From: Mayamaea pseudoterrestris
Lineage: Eukaryota
Direction of reading: 5' to 3'
Assembly (NCBI GenBank): GCA_027923505.1
Contig: BROI01000023.1
Coordinates: 310,001-374,000, forward strand
DNA: 64,000 nucleotides
The position numbers and the translations under genes were made by a program. This document shows positions 10,742 through 22,179 of the stretch, one piece after another. A model generated the notes under the pieces. That model was not told the DNA's origin. It saw only the letters and a program-made list of their open reading frames with translations, and did not search any database. The stretch's first letter is position 1; each line of letters opens with the position of its first letter.

Positions 10742-12451
10742 CTACTGATAGACACTGGTTGCATTGCCGTTTACATAGTTGCCACTGAGCTGCTCCTTGC
10801 CGTATATTCCTTCCTCGTCATCTTCATCCTCTTCCGGCTCTTGAATGATTTGCGCCAGCGACTGAAGCCAGTCGTCGGCGCCGTCATCTTTGTCCAGGTA
10901 GCTCTTCATGGCATCCTCTGCCACGGCTTTGCGATCAATAGGTGCGACGTCCTGGGTGTCCGCAACTGAACGCCTGGTGGTATTCGAGTCACTTGTGCGT
11001 CTCCGCTCAAATCGAATTGGCCTATCGCTCGAAGTCGAATACAAGGTGGCTTGAGGAGCAGAGATAATGCCCGATTGTTCGTCGTCAGACGGATCATTAC
11101 CGGTCGGGGAGCTTTCGGCGCTGTTGCTTCCAGCTTCAGTGCTTTCCTTTGGCAATCCAATGACAGCTGCAGCTCCAAGAACACCGAGGACACCCGCCGA
11201 AGCAAGTATCGTCTGCGGAGTTGCCTTCCATTGATCTTGTTGTCGTTGCTCATGTATTTGGCGCTGCAAGGCGGCCTTGGCCACTTGCTTGCGCTCATTC
11301 GTTACTCGCTGCAATTCCTGCTGCTTATTAAATTCCGTTTCGATAGCCACTCGCTCCGCTTCATTGCGCTGATCCTTGCGATTAACTACATTTCCAGCTC
11401 GCAATTGCTGAAGTGTTTGCTGACCATGTTCCAATGTTGCCTTGTATTCGAGCGCATATGCACTGTTCGGATCGCGCCTGGCCGCAAATAGTTCGAGTGT
11501 GCGTTCCATGGTTACATCTACTCGAACCTCACCAGGCTTGTATTCCAAAACGTGGCAATCATTGTATGGTATACCAGCCATCATGGCTGAAAGAAGGGCC
11601 GGAGTCGTTCCATCGCGAAAGACAATCAAGATGGTGTCCCCACTGTAGAGCGACTCTAGCACCGACAGTTCCTGTCTCAGCCTGACTGCTTGATCCGCCA
11701 GTGTTTCCGACGGCGTTCCATCCTCGTTTGGTGGCGGCGGTTTTCCATCTTGTCCATGCGGGCCAGCTTCCTTTTGGTCCATGGCAATGATTGCGTCCGC
11801 CGTGTCGGATTGCTTGGTCATGTCCCACAATCCGATCGCTCGTGGATCCAAAAATGTATATTCTGGCATGATTCGATCGCGGCCAAGTTTTAATTGACTA
11901 GCAACAAGATTGGCAGTGTCCATGCTGGAGGCAGCCAAGGAATGAACGATCAAAGTCGGTAGCAGTGATTGCGTAGACGACTCGACGTTTGCATTCGCAA
12001 TGAGCAACTCCTGGCAAGCCTCCAAGACTTGCTCCTGTCCAAGTAGACTCAGTGCATCGTCGTTGCGGTTCGTGAGGAAGAGTGGATTGGTGGATAAAAT
12101 GTCTTGAGATTCCATCATGCTCGTTCCGCTGCGCAGAAAATGATATGTATTGTGCAGTGACCCAGGCTTGCATGGAAACATGACGAGTCCACGAGCAAGA
12201 GCTGGAGCAACAGTCTGTTGCTGAGGCAAGTACAGTGACGAAACTATTGCAAGGGAAGTAATAAAGAAAAGCCGTCGTCGTTTACATGATGCAGGAATGT
12301 TTTCGTCGTCACTCGAACATGCCATTAAGGAGTCCCGATCATTTGCGTTGCTGTTGTCAATGGTGTTTCGTCTCCTCGAAATTGTCACGCTACTCTGGAA
12401 TGCTATTGCAAAATCCACCAGTACAACTAGTAGAAGATAGCTTGCCTTCAT
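10742..12451 (-). CDS. Plastid (probably thylakoid) histidine-phosphatase / phosphoglycerate-mutase-like protein
   Basis: Signal peptide ending AIA-F, then RRR plus a hydrophobic segment ending ALA. The domain ARGL..FP...LHNTYHFLRSG...PEYTFLDPRAIGLWD...LESLYSGDTILIV resembles plant chloroplast PGM-like proteins. There is a C-terminal coiled coil and transmembrane segment. Confidence 0.7.
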   Translation of the reverse strand: MKASYLLLVVLVDFAIAFQSSVTISRRRNTIDNSNANDRDSLMACSSDDENIPASCKRRRLFFITSLAIVSSLYLPQQQTVAPALARGLVMFPCKPGSLHNTYHFLRSGTSMMESQDILSTNPLFLTNRNDDALSLLGQEQVLEACQELLIANANVESSTQSLLPTLIVHSLAASSMDTANLVASQLKLGRDRIMPEYTFLDPRAIGLWDMTKQSDTADAIIAMDQKEAGPHGQDGKPPPPNEDGTPSETLADQAVRLRQELSVLESLYSGDTILIVFRDGTTPALLSAMMAGIPYNDCHVLEYKPGEVRVDVTMERTLELFAARRDPNSAYALEYKATLEHGQQTLQQLRAGNVVNRKDQRNEAERVAIETEFNKQQELQRVTNERKQVAKAALQRQIHEQRQQDQWKATPQTILASAGVLGVLGAAAVIGLPKESTEAGSNSAESSPTGNDPSDDEQSGIISAPQATLYSTSSDRPIRFERRRTSDSNTTRRSVADTQDVAPIDRKAVAEDAMKSYLDKDDGADDWLQSLAQIIQEPEEDEDDEEGIYGKEQLSGNYVNGNATSVYQ

Positions 12452-12550
12452 GCTGGCACAGACACATCAATCAGACGCATTTAAATTGCCATGGTGATGA
12501 TGGGCAGAAGGATTCCGAAAGATCGACATATCGTATACCGGTACGATCCC

Positions 12551-12667
12551 AAAATCAAAGTTTTTGGCACTACACTCTACATCACAGTGCCAATAACTTT
12601 GAAAATCAAAGTTTTTGGCAGTACTCTCGGACTCTCAGTACTCGAAAATCAAAGTTTTTGGCACTAC
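12551..12667. repeat. Palindromic repeat family A, cluster 2 (half-site, full palindrome, half-site)
   Basis: AAAATCAAAGTTTTTGGCA occurs at 12551, 12602 and 12645. The full AGTGCCAATAACTTTGAAAATCAAAGTTTTTGGCA begins at 12586. The cluster lies in a divergent promoter. Confidence 0.9.
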
Positions 12668-12837
12668 TCTCTAGAGGACAGTGCAAGTAAATTGGCTGGC
12701 GCGCACTCGCATCCGCGACTCGCTTGTGACGCGCCGGAAACGGATCGCTAGCGCCGTCACTTTCATTTCGCTTCGCTCCGTGGAACATTTATATCCAAAC
12801 GAAGGAACCATCGCTCGTTTGATTCCATCAGCATAAC

Positions 12838-13386
12838 ATGCCGAAACGACGCAGCAGCAACAATGACAATGAAAGTAGAAGCAAGAACCAGCGTCGCAAA
12901 AAGACTGACAAGGATTCTCGACTAGCACCGGCGGAACATGCAGCAGCACTCGAGGATGAAGAATACGAGATTGAATCCATTCTTGATGTTCGCCTCAAGC
13001 ATGGCCGCCAAGAGTTTTTGATTCAATGGAAGGATTATCCGCCGTCATGCAATTCATGGGAGCCGCGAGCTCATCTGAACAAGGCGGCCTTGCGCAAGTT
13101 TGACGCCAAGCAGAACGACGAGGCAGAATTCAAGCAATCGCAGCAGCAGGAGGAAGAATTGGAGTGCTGCATTTGCTTTGAAGTCTTAAAGGAGCACGAC
13201 AAGGCCAAGATTGATCCATGCAGTCACCAGGATTTTTGCTTTAACTGCATTGTCACGTGGAGCAAAACCAACAAGACATGTCCATTGTGCATGACAGTCG
13301 TCACGCAAGTATTCCGTTGCAACCCTATCGTAGCAAAGACCAAGCGAGAGCGAAAGAAGGTTCTCAACAGTATCAAGATCAAGTAG
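12838..13386 (+). CDS. Small chromodomain plus C3HC4 RING-finger protein
   Basis: Chromodomain EYEIESILDVR...FLIQWKDY...NSWEPRAHL; RING CCIC...PCSH..FCFNC...CPLC; basic NLS-like N-terminus. Confidence 0.88.
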   Translation: MPKRRSSNNDNESRSKNQRRKKTDKDSRLAPAEHAAALEDEEYEIESILDVRLKHGRQEFLIQWKDYPPSCNSWEPRAHLNKAALRKFDAKQNDEAEFKQSQQQEEELECCICFEVLKEHDKAKIDPCSHQDFCFNCIVTWSKTNKTCPLCMTVVTQVFRCNPIVAKTKRERKKVLNSIKIK

Positions 13387-13700
13387 CGCAATGGTTCTAT
13401 GGTTTTGCCGGCGAGTTTTTGCTTCTGGAATCAAGGGACGTGGAAGACGATTGGATGCACGGTTGCACGTCAATATACGAATATAGTCGGCAGGTCGACT
13501 ATAATGCTTTTATTCTTCACTCTTGACACAATTATGCAATTTACAACTTGGACGATATGACGGTCAACGTTAGGTTACTTGTATATTGTGATAACCTTCA
13601 TCATTTTATATTTTATGATCCACTCATTGTACTCTATACAACGTAGTTCCTGATAAGCGCTGAAAGATGATTACAATCACCCTTCTTTTCCATAAACAGA

Positions 13701-16136
13701 CTAACGCGTCACCCGCATCGAAGCCAACACGTCTGGAGGCAGCTGCCCTGCCATGGACTGCCGCTTAATAAGGTCTTGGTAGCGGGTGCATCGCGACATC
13801 AACTCACCATGATTACCAATGTCAACGATACTATGATCGTCTACCACGACAATTTGCTGCGCCCGTTGAATAGTGGAAAGGCGATGAGCCACAATCAGAA
13901 CGGTTCGTCCAACGACAGCCTTGTCAATAGCTTCCTGTACGAGGTGCTCCGACTAACGAGCAAAGCAAGCGATGAATAATGTGAGCGACACAAAGGCATG
14001 TTACGACATGAAATGACACGCAAGCGATTAGTTCACTCACCTCTGAATCCAACTGATGCGAAAAGAGTGCAAGTAACAAAGGGGTGAGTTTGACACGTCG
14101 ACGATACAGTACCACATATCGCTGCCATAAACCTACCGCACTAGTCGCCTCATCCAGCAACAAAATTCGGGGATTGACCAGCAAGGCGCGGGCGATTGCC
14201 AATCTTTGCTTTTGACCTCTGTCGTCAATGACAACAATGGAAAGGATAAGCGAAACTTACTTAACGGAGAAATGTGCGCAATCATCCATAGCACTTGTAC
14301 TTACCCGCTCAGCTTGACGCCTCGTTCGCCAACCAGCGTTTCAAATCGTTCGGGGAATGATTCGATAAACTCGTATGCGTTGGCCATTCGACAGACATCC
14401 TCAAGCTCCTTGTCGGTAACACTACGGTCGACTCCATATGTAATGTTTTCTCGACAAGTCAATCCAAATAGCGTCGGCTCCTGCTGGACAAATCCCATGG
14501 ACGAGCGCAGCCACTTCAAGTCGTAGCTACGAATGTCACGTCCGTCAATGCGAATGGATCCAGAATTAACATCGTAAAAGCGCTGCAACAAAGCCACTAC
14601 TGTACTCTTTCCTGTCCCGCTGCTGCCAACCAAGGCGGCTGTTGTATTTGCCGGAATGGTCAGCGAGAAATTTCGCAGCACTGGCGCCGTTGGACGTGAC
14701 GGATAAGAAAAAGTAACATTTTCAAATTCGACCAGTCCATGCATGCTTTCTGGCTTTACTGGCATGAGCGGGACCTCAACGTCAATCGCGGGCGTATCCA
14801 ACTCTGGGCCAGTGTCGCCGCTACAGTCCTTGCCACCGCCTGGCATGAGCATCTTGTCCGACTCTTTTGGAATCTCTGGAGTTCTCTCCAGCAAGTAAAA
14901 AATGCGTCCACTAGCACCTTGCGCTTCAATCAATTGCTGTATATACCGACTCGTCTGTCCCAACGAACCTCCAATCTGAAAAATGTAGCTCTGAAAAGCT
15001 GTCAACGCTCCAAGCGTAATTTGACCCGTCGCCACTTGCTTGAAACCAAACCAAAGCGACAAGTACAAGCTTCCAAAACCAAAACCGAAAATGAGTGTAT
15101 AAAAACCACTTGCGACAATGCTTTTGAAAAAGCCCACACTATATGTTGTCGGCTGCAACTTGTGCCGCACTGGCCACCAGTACTTGTACATGGCTGGATT
15201 GCCAATGTACGTTTGGTAGCGTGTGCGCTCCCGATCTTCCGCGGCAAAGGACTGCACCGTCCGCATAGCCCCAAGCGCCTCGGTGCTATGCGTCTGCGCC
15301 AATCCAAGTACGTCTTGGTATTGCTTGGAGAGACGGCCCATGAGCTTGCCGAATGGCATGGCCAAGCAAAAAATGATGAAAATGAATCCAAGCGTCACTC
15401 CAGCGAGCGACGGCGATATCCAAAACATTAGCGCGAGTGAAACAATTGCCTTGACGACACCAACGACGCATTCCGGAACACTCAAGCTGGTTGCTTGCTG
15501 CAACAGTGTTGTGTCGGACGACAGTCGACTCACTAATTCCCCAGTCTTGTGCGCATCAAAAAAGGCAATGTCCTGTGACAATATGCACGAATACAATTGG
15601 TTTCTGAGCCGCGCCACGACGCGCTCCCCAACGGCATTCATAATGCTGGTTCGCAGAAAGGACGCGACTACACCAGAAAAATGCAAGATCAAGACAAGTC
15701 CCATGACTCGATTAATTTGAGCCATGGTGTTTGTGAGTGCCGGATCAACCAGGAAATTGTATGCTTGCGCAAGAAGCAATGGTGTAATGAGCGTCAATGC
15801 TTCGGCGGCAACCATGAGGATCAAAGCGACAAATAGCATGGGAAACTCAGGACGAGCCAAGTAAAGAATCTTGGAGAGTGGAGGCAACGGAGTCTTGTCG
15901 GAAACGGCTGCTGGAGTCCCTTCCATTTCCTTTTCTGGAGTCGACGAAGATGAATGAGTCGATGCCGCTTTGATTGATTCATCCGAAGGAGCATTGATAT
16001 CGTCATGACCGGACGTGTCAACTGGCGATTCAATGTCTTGATTGCTCTCATTGTCTAGCTTCTTCGCGGCAGGCAATGCATCATTGTATTCTTGTTCAAT
16101 GGTAGTCGCATCTGTCGAGGAAGTTTCATTCATCAT
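13701..16136 (-). CDS. ABCB-family half transporter; complement(join(13701..13952,14041..14052,14137..14218,14305..16136))
   Basis: TMD with [14 protein letters not shown] and Walker A GSSGTGKS. The signature LSG|GQKQR, Walker B/D-loop [14 protein letters not shown] and H-loop AHRLST are all restored by three GT-AG introns. Confidence 0.93.
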
Positions 16137-17331
16137 GGCGGCGGCAATAGTTGCAGCAGCAACAATCAACACTATTGCGTCGCGTCCAGTTCAAAACAAT
16201 TCAGTAGACGTGTGAGTGCAGTTGCGAGCAAGTACAGTATAATAGTACCGTTAGCGTGCTTGCGATGGTTTGTAGTCGGAAGGATGAGCAATGAATGTGT
16301 CAGTCGGGCGAAGGCGAGAATCGACAGGAAGCATGATGAAACGTCGCATCGGTTCACGTTGTAACCAGTGCGACTCGATTTGGCGATACGTACGACTGAT
16401 TACTGTACTGCACCTTTACTGCTCAGGCTCCAAGTGGCTGCCGTTATTCATATAGTGTGCTACGCCTGTCACTAACTTACATGAACATTGATAGCAATAT
16501 AGCAAGCTTTCTCGTAAAGGTCAGGGGAACGCCAAAATACCCGCCAGGAATCAATCGTGGTGCCTCGTGTAGTTTTTGCAGCTTGAACGAGAGTCCCACG
16601 CTAAAGTGACAGCTTTACGAGCAAGATTTTGCAGGCTGCCAACCAACAGATCGATGAGCTCTTGTGCTTGCCGCGTGTTGTAATAATGCGGCGAAAGACT
16701 GGCAAAAGACGGCGGTACCGGTGAATGATCTTTGCACACTCGTTTGTTAGCATAGGTGCCCGCTTTAACGGGACGATACGTTTGGTCGTGCCGTTTTCCA
16801 TCTGCCTGATTGTAAATTCGTCTGCGTGTAGCTCTACATGTTTGGCAAAACGACTGATACGTCACATAGCTCATCGTGGGCTTTCGCTGGACGCTGAAGA
16901 GGCCACCCTAGCAATTTTCTCTTGGAGACGATCGACAAGTTTTGACGCTTCTTGGTCGTGTACGTTTCCGCGTCAACAAGCATGCGGTAAGACGGTCCTG
17001 GTGAGTTTCGTCAGACTCGGCGTTTTCTCTGGGCAGAAAGGGACTGGCCGTTTTGCCCAGACTCCAATTTCCCCCAACTCTCGAGCTGCATTTTAATTTT
17101 CCCATCCGGTCACATGAATTGTCTGCGCGTCCACCAGACACTCGCAACATTCGTCGCCCTACCTTTGGGTCTCATTGGGGGCGACTCTGGCGGTTTATCA
17201 GCAGTCCGGATTGTTGATGCGCAAACCGATAGGAATAGTCACACCGGTACACCGGAGTCGCGCTCCGACAAACGTAGGCGGCTGCCGACGTGCATGGCAA
17301 AACGAAAACGCACACACCACACAAAGTCACC

Positions 17332-19689
17332 ATGGCCTCGACGGAACCTCCTCCCCCTGCGGCTGCTCCGGAAGGGAACGAGTACTCGTCGGTGGCGTTG
17401 AATGCCCGAGAATTGGAATGGGCCATCAATTCGCCTGAACTAGTGGCGGAACACAAGAAGATCAATGGTCCCATCGTTCGAACAAGGTGAGTGTCTCAAG
17501 TCTCAACACGAGAGCTATAGTATTGAGAATTTATAATGCCGTCGAATCGACTACATCTTACATCTTTTAATATTCACGCTCCCATTGTGTCCATTGACCT
17601 TTAGGTAAGTTTTAAGGGAGACAAGATTTCTATGAGCGATCTTGTTTTCCATGTCATTCACTATTCACTCACTGATTGCTGCGCACTCACTCATTACTTC
17701 TCGCTCTTCCCTGTCATCATTTCATTTTGACGCAGATTCCCTCCCGAACCAAATGGTTTCTTACACGTCGGGCATGCCAAGAGCATGAACATGAACTTTT
17801 CACTAGCCTTTGACAAGCTTGGTGTACCGCTTGAACATCGTCGGACCATTTTTCGCTACGACGACACCAATCCAGATGCAGAATCGCCTGAGTACATTGA
17901 CTCGCTTCGCCGGGACGTTGAATACCTTGGATGGACTCCGGAAAGGACTACCTACTCGAGTGACAACTTTCAGCAGCTACATGACTTTGCTGTGCAACTA
18001 ATTCGCACTGGACATGCCTACGTTTGCGACATGACCAAGGCAGAAATGGAGGTGCAGCGCGAATTGGCCATGCGACGAGCCAATGCAAGAAACTCGGGCA
18101 AGGATCCAGACCTTGAACATCCCATTCTAGATTCAAATATCTTACCTGGCCGCAATCGAAATACCAGCGTTCAACGCAACTTGGATTTGTTTGAACGCAT
18201 GCGTCTTGGTTGCTTTGACGAGGGCACGTACACCTTGCGACTAAAGATGGACTTTGAAGCGGCTAATCCAAACATGTACGACTTGGTCGCCTACCGCATC
18301 CGATACACGACTCATCCGCATGCGGGCGATGGCTGGTGCATTTATCCCAATTACGACTTTACGCATGGAATTTGCGATTCGCTCGAGCACATTGACTATA
18401 GTATATGCACCTTGGAATTCGAGTCGAGGCGTGAACCGTACTTTTGGATTTTGCATGTACTCAACTTGTTTCGCCCCAAGGTTTACGAAATGAGTCGACT
18501 CAACTTGCAGTACACGGTCTTGTCCAAGCGCCGGTTGCTCAAGTTGGTAGACGCCAAGCATGTACGAGGATGGGACGATCCTCGCATGCCAACCATTTCC
18601 GGTATGCGGCGACGTGGCTATACAAAGGAAATTATCAACTCATTCTGCAACGACGTGGGAGCGACGCGAGCGAGCAATGTCGTCGAAATGACCAAGCTTA
18701 GTCAAACGGCACGATTGCACTTGGCAATTTCTTGCCCTCGCGCCATGGCGGCGTTGGATCCAATTAAGGTTGTGATCACCAATCATTCGGAGGTTGCCGG
18801 TGGCACAGACACGAGTCTGCGTGTATTCACAGTTGCAAATAGTCCGACGGATGATACCATGGGGTCACATACCATCGAGTTGACGGAAACAATCTACATT
18901 GATGCGAGTGACTTTCGCCTGAAAGATTCGCCGCAATACTATGGACTCGCTCCAAACAAGGCGGTTGGAATCAAGTACCATGGAGGCAACTTGTGCTGCA
19001 ACGATGTCAAGCTTGACGACAGTGGCAAGGTTGTGGAGCTGGTTTGCCACTTGGACGTGGCCGCAGATCGCGTAAAGCCAAAGTCATACATTTCGTGGGT
19101 ACCAAATAACAGCATCAAGGCGGAGGTTCGTCTATACGACAATCTGTTTTCTGTTCCAGAACCATCAGATCTTTGGGAGGATGAGCTTAATCCAGCGTCG
19201 GAAGTCGTTTACGAGAATGCTTTGGTGGATCCGTTTGTTCGACAGTTGATGGCTGGCTGCAAGGTCGACAAGTGGAGGTCCAATACGGCTTTGCAGTTTG
19301 AGCGTCTTGGTTATTTTGTTGTTGATTACGATACAACGTATAACTCTGAAGTGAACGACGGCAAGCTCGTCTTTAATTGCACCGTCAGCTTGAAGGAGGA
19401 GGTCGCCAAGAAGAAGCTTAATGCTGACGAGGAAGCCAAGCTCGAGGCTCGACGCAATCAGGCGCATAAGGATTTGGAAGCCAAGGAGATTCGCATGAAA
19501 ATTGCTCCGGCTGATTTCTTTCGCTTGGCTGAGGAGTTCAAGGGGCGCTTTGGCAAGTACGACGAATCGGGCATGCCGACGCATGACATTGACGGTACGG
19601 AACTGACCAAGAGTATGCTGAAGAAGCTAGAAAAAGAGAAGCAAAAGCACATTAAGCAACTAAGCAAGTGGAACCAGGGCGAGAAGTAG
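17332..19689 (+). CDS. QARS: Glutaminyl-tRNA synthetase; join(17332..17486,17736..19689)
   Basis: Splicing restores VRTR|FPPEPNGFLHVGHAK (HIGH motif). Also RYDDTNP, WCIYPNYDFTH, SICTLEF, LSKR, GWDDPRMPT and QFERLGYF. Confidence 0.96.
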
Positions 19690-19818
19690 TGGTAGACGTG
19701 TTGAAGTCAGTATAGTTGAATAGCCATTTAATGGTGTTCTTTACTCGTCCTTTGCTAACTGTTTCTGCATTTGTACACTAATTTTACAAGGCCATGCTCT
19801 TGCCATAGATGTAGCGTG

Positions 19819-22179
19819 TCATGTTTGGAAAGATTCTTCGTACAACGCAATCTGTGCTCCTCCCTTTATGCACTGCCGCAGTCGGGCGGCGCATCGGTCA
19901 CCAACAACCACTCGCACCTGCTCCATGAGAGATGAAGGCCCACAAGCAAACACTCCAGGCTGCCGCGCATCATCAAGAATGTTGAGGAACGAATGAAGTG
20001 ACGGTCGACCGAGAATCTCCTCGAGCGAAACAGATGGCTCGCCGGCGGTTGTTACTCGCATCACTGCATCAACATTGTCCGTAACATCGCTTACAACCTC
20101 CGACCCCATCTTGCTCAACTCCAATGACTCATCCGCTGAAGTACTCACTGACGTCCACTCTGCAGATGCAGCAGATGGATCGTCGTCCAGTGAAAGTCGT
20201 TGCCCAACGAAATTAGCAGCGACTGCTACGGCCAATGCGAGAACGACGACCAAAACGGGCGCCCAAAATCGAGTTATAATCGCGTCGTCGCTCTGCACAT
20301 TCGTGTAGAAAGACCAGATACATATTAGTCCCAAGCCCGCTATAACTGTAAATGCTGTGAAAGGCAGAACATTATGCCGATGGCGAGTCGCGGACACGGG
20401 AGTAAACTGTAATGGTGTAAATGGAACGCCACCAGAGGCGAGTTCAAGCGGAGCCCGTTCAATGATGTCTCCGTCGCCATTACTGGCTCTTGAATCGTCT
20501 TGTGGATTTTCCACGTCCGAAAAGGAACTTTGGACGAGCTTCAAAGCGTTGCCTGCGCTGACGTTGACGGCGCGGGTGTGGTGGATAACAATTCGGATCG
20601 TCAAGTAGTGGCAGGCAGGCAAGTCTTGCAAATGTTCCCAATATTCCCTCGTGACGTGATCGATTAAACTAGCATCACGACACATCCAATGCAGTACGAT
20701 TTGTCGCAAGGGAAATCTCCTTCTTTTTGAGCTGGACACAACATATTGCAACCGATATAGGAGCGAAAGGTAGGAGGTGATGCCAATGCCACCAGCCACA
20801 ATTACAATGCTATCATGCCTCAGCGCTTGTGCGACACGATTGTCCGACCCAAAGAAACCGTCCAAGTGCAGAATTGGCTTGGCTGACGTCCGAAGATGGT
20901 TGGCAAGGCTCAATGTGAACGGCCCAACGACGCGAAAGATGACTCGTAGTTGATTGTCGACGTTTGGAACGATATTGACGCTGAACGGGTGTGCTTTAGT
21001 TGAAACTTCAGGAATTGCCAGTCGAACATATTGACCCGCCCGATACTGTGCCATGGCAGAGTCCGATGCTTCCACCGTCAAGCTGACACATGATCTACGT
21101 TGCATATTTTCTTCGCCGGGTATGGTATGCACCGATAGTATTTTGACGCCCGGTTGTTGCCTTCGTCGCCACTGCGATTCGACTAGGACTGGAAAGGAAC
21201 TCGCCACGTATAACAAGAGCCCGCCTGCCATGTACAGAATGGCCCGATTGTAGTGCAAAATGATCATGATTAACACCAATGGACCCGCCAGAATGTGGAT
21301 CTTGTAGAAGATTGAGTAAAATCGTCTCCTAATAGTGTTGCAGCTCGAGACGAAAATCACCACCAATCCAACTCCAGCTATCGCACCCGTCAAGTTGCGA
21401 AACAAGTGGTAGCAGGTGCAGTCTGTCTCTGGATTGCGACACGTTGGCATAAATTCAGAGTCACTCCGCATGGTCCAACAGGGAGCGGGTGGCACTAAGA
21501 GTGTCGTCCAATCCTCCCCAAGCAACGTCCATTTCCATCGCATCATGTGCATGCCTCCATGAAGTAAGGAGCACAGCATGACGCAACGGCCGATCCAAAT
21601 GTGCAGTTGAATAGCGCATGCTGGATTCCAATGCATCAGTCGCAGTATTGCCGACCCTCTTGCGACTGGAACCATGAGGAAACAAGACGCAATCAAGGCC
21701 GCCATGCCTTGTGCGTTGGCCGCGTCCATGAGTCGTTCATTCAAATCGCTCCAGTCGATTCCTTGTAAATGTCGATATGTCGAGCAAAGAGCATATGAAA
21801 AACATGGGATAATGATGATTAACGATGCTTTGGTGTAATTCACGTCGCCGCCAGATAGTAGCCGCTGTTGACAGGGAAGCCGGCGAAGAATTTGACTCGT
21901 GCGAGTGATTGATGATCGCTGCTGCACCTCGGGTGCTCTTGTAGCGATGAGATAAATTACGCATGCTGCCAGTAGCATTGGAGCAGCCAGGACAATGATT
22001 GGAATGCCTCCCTTGGTGTCTGAGAATGACAGCCGAGATGCTAATTGTGTATACCAAGCCTTGCCCGAAGCAGTCGCACCTATCGTCGCCCAGATGAGCG
22101 ACCAAAGTAAGCAGATTGCCGCGAATATTCTAGCAAATGAGATCGTCACTGACGAAGACGCAGTCATGATGCTGTCCAT
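19819..22179 (-). CDS. Ferric reductase / NADPH-oxidase-family transmembrane flavocytochrome
   Basis: Paired heme histidines (LHIWIGR...LLHG; IHIL...ILHY), FAD motif HPFS, NADPH motif VAGGIGIT, and C-terminal CGP...EESF. Confidence 0.92.
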   Translation of the reverse strand: MDSIMTASSSVTISFARIFAAICLLWSLIWATIGATASGKAWYTQLASRLSFSDTKGGIPIIVLAAPMLLAACVIYLIATRAPEVQQRSSITRTSQILRRLPCQQRLLSGGDVNYTKASLIIIIPCFSYALCSTYRHLQGIDWSDLNERLMDAANAQGMAALIASCFLMVPVARGSAILRLMHWNPACAIQLHIWIGRCVMLCSLLHGGMHMMRWKWTLLGEDWTTLLVPPAPCWTMRSDSEFMPTCRNPETDCTCYHLFRNLTGAIAGVGLVVIFVSSCNTIRRRFYSIFYKIHILAGPLVLIMIILHYNRAILYMAGGLLLYVASSFPVLVESQWRRRQQPGVKILSVHTIPGEENMQRRSCVSLTVEASDSAMAQYRAGQYVRLAIPEVSTKAHPFSVNIVPNVDNQLRVIFRVVGPFTLSLANHLRTSAKPILHLDGFFGSDNRVAQALRHDSIVIVAGGIGITSYLSLLYRLQYVVSSSKRRRFPLRQIVLHWMCRDASLIDHVTREYWEHLQDLPACHYLTIRIVIHHTRAVNVSAGNALKLVQSSFSDVENPQDDSRASNGDGDIIERAPLELASGGVPFTPLQFTPVSATRHRHNVLPFTAFTVIAGLGLICIWSFYTNVQSDDAIITRFWAPVLVVVLALAVAVAANFVGQRLSLDDDPSAASAEWTSVSTSADESLELSKMGSEVVSDVTDNVDAVMRVTTAGEPSVSLEEILGRPSLHSFLNILDDARQPGVFACGPSSLMEQVRVVVGDRCAARLRQCIKGGAQIALYEESFQT

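Noticed and set aside
16300..17300. Short ORFs between the ABC transporter and GlnRS, and similarly at 37200-38400
   Set aside because: They have no recognisable domain or consistent splice model, so I left them unannotated.
17630..17675. Possible intronic C/D-box snoRNA in the GlnRS intron
   Set aside because: The C box is a poor match (ATGAGCGA), the span to CTGA is too short and there is no terminal stem.
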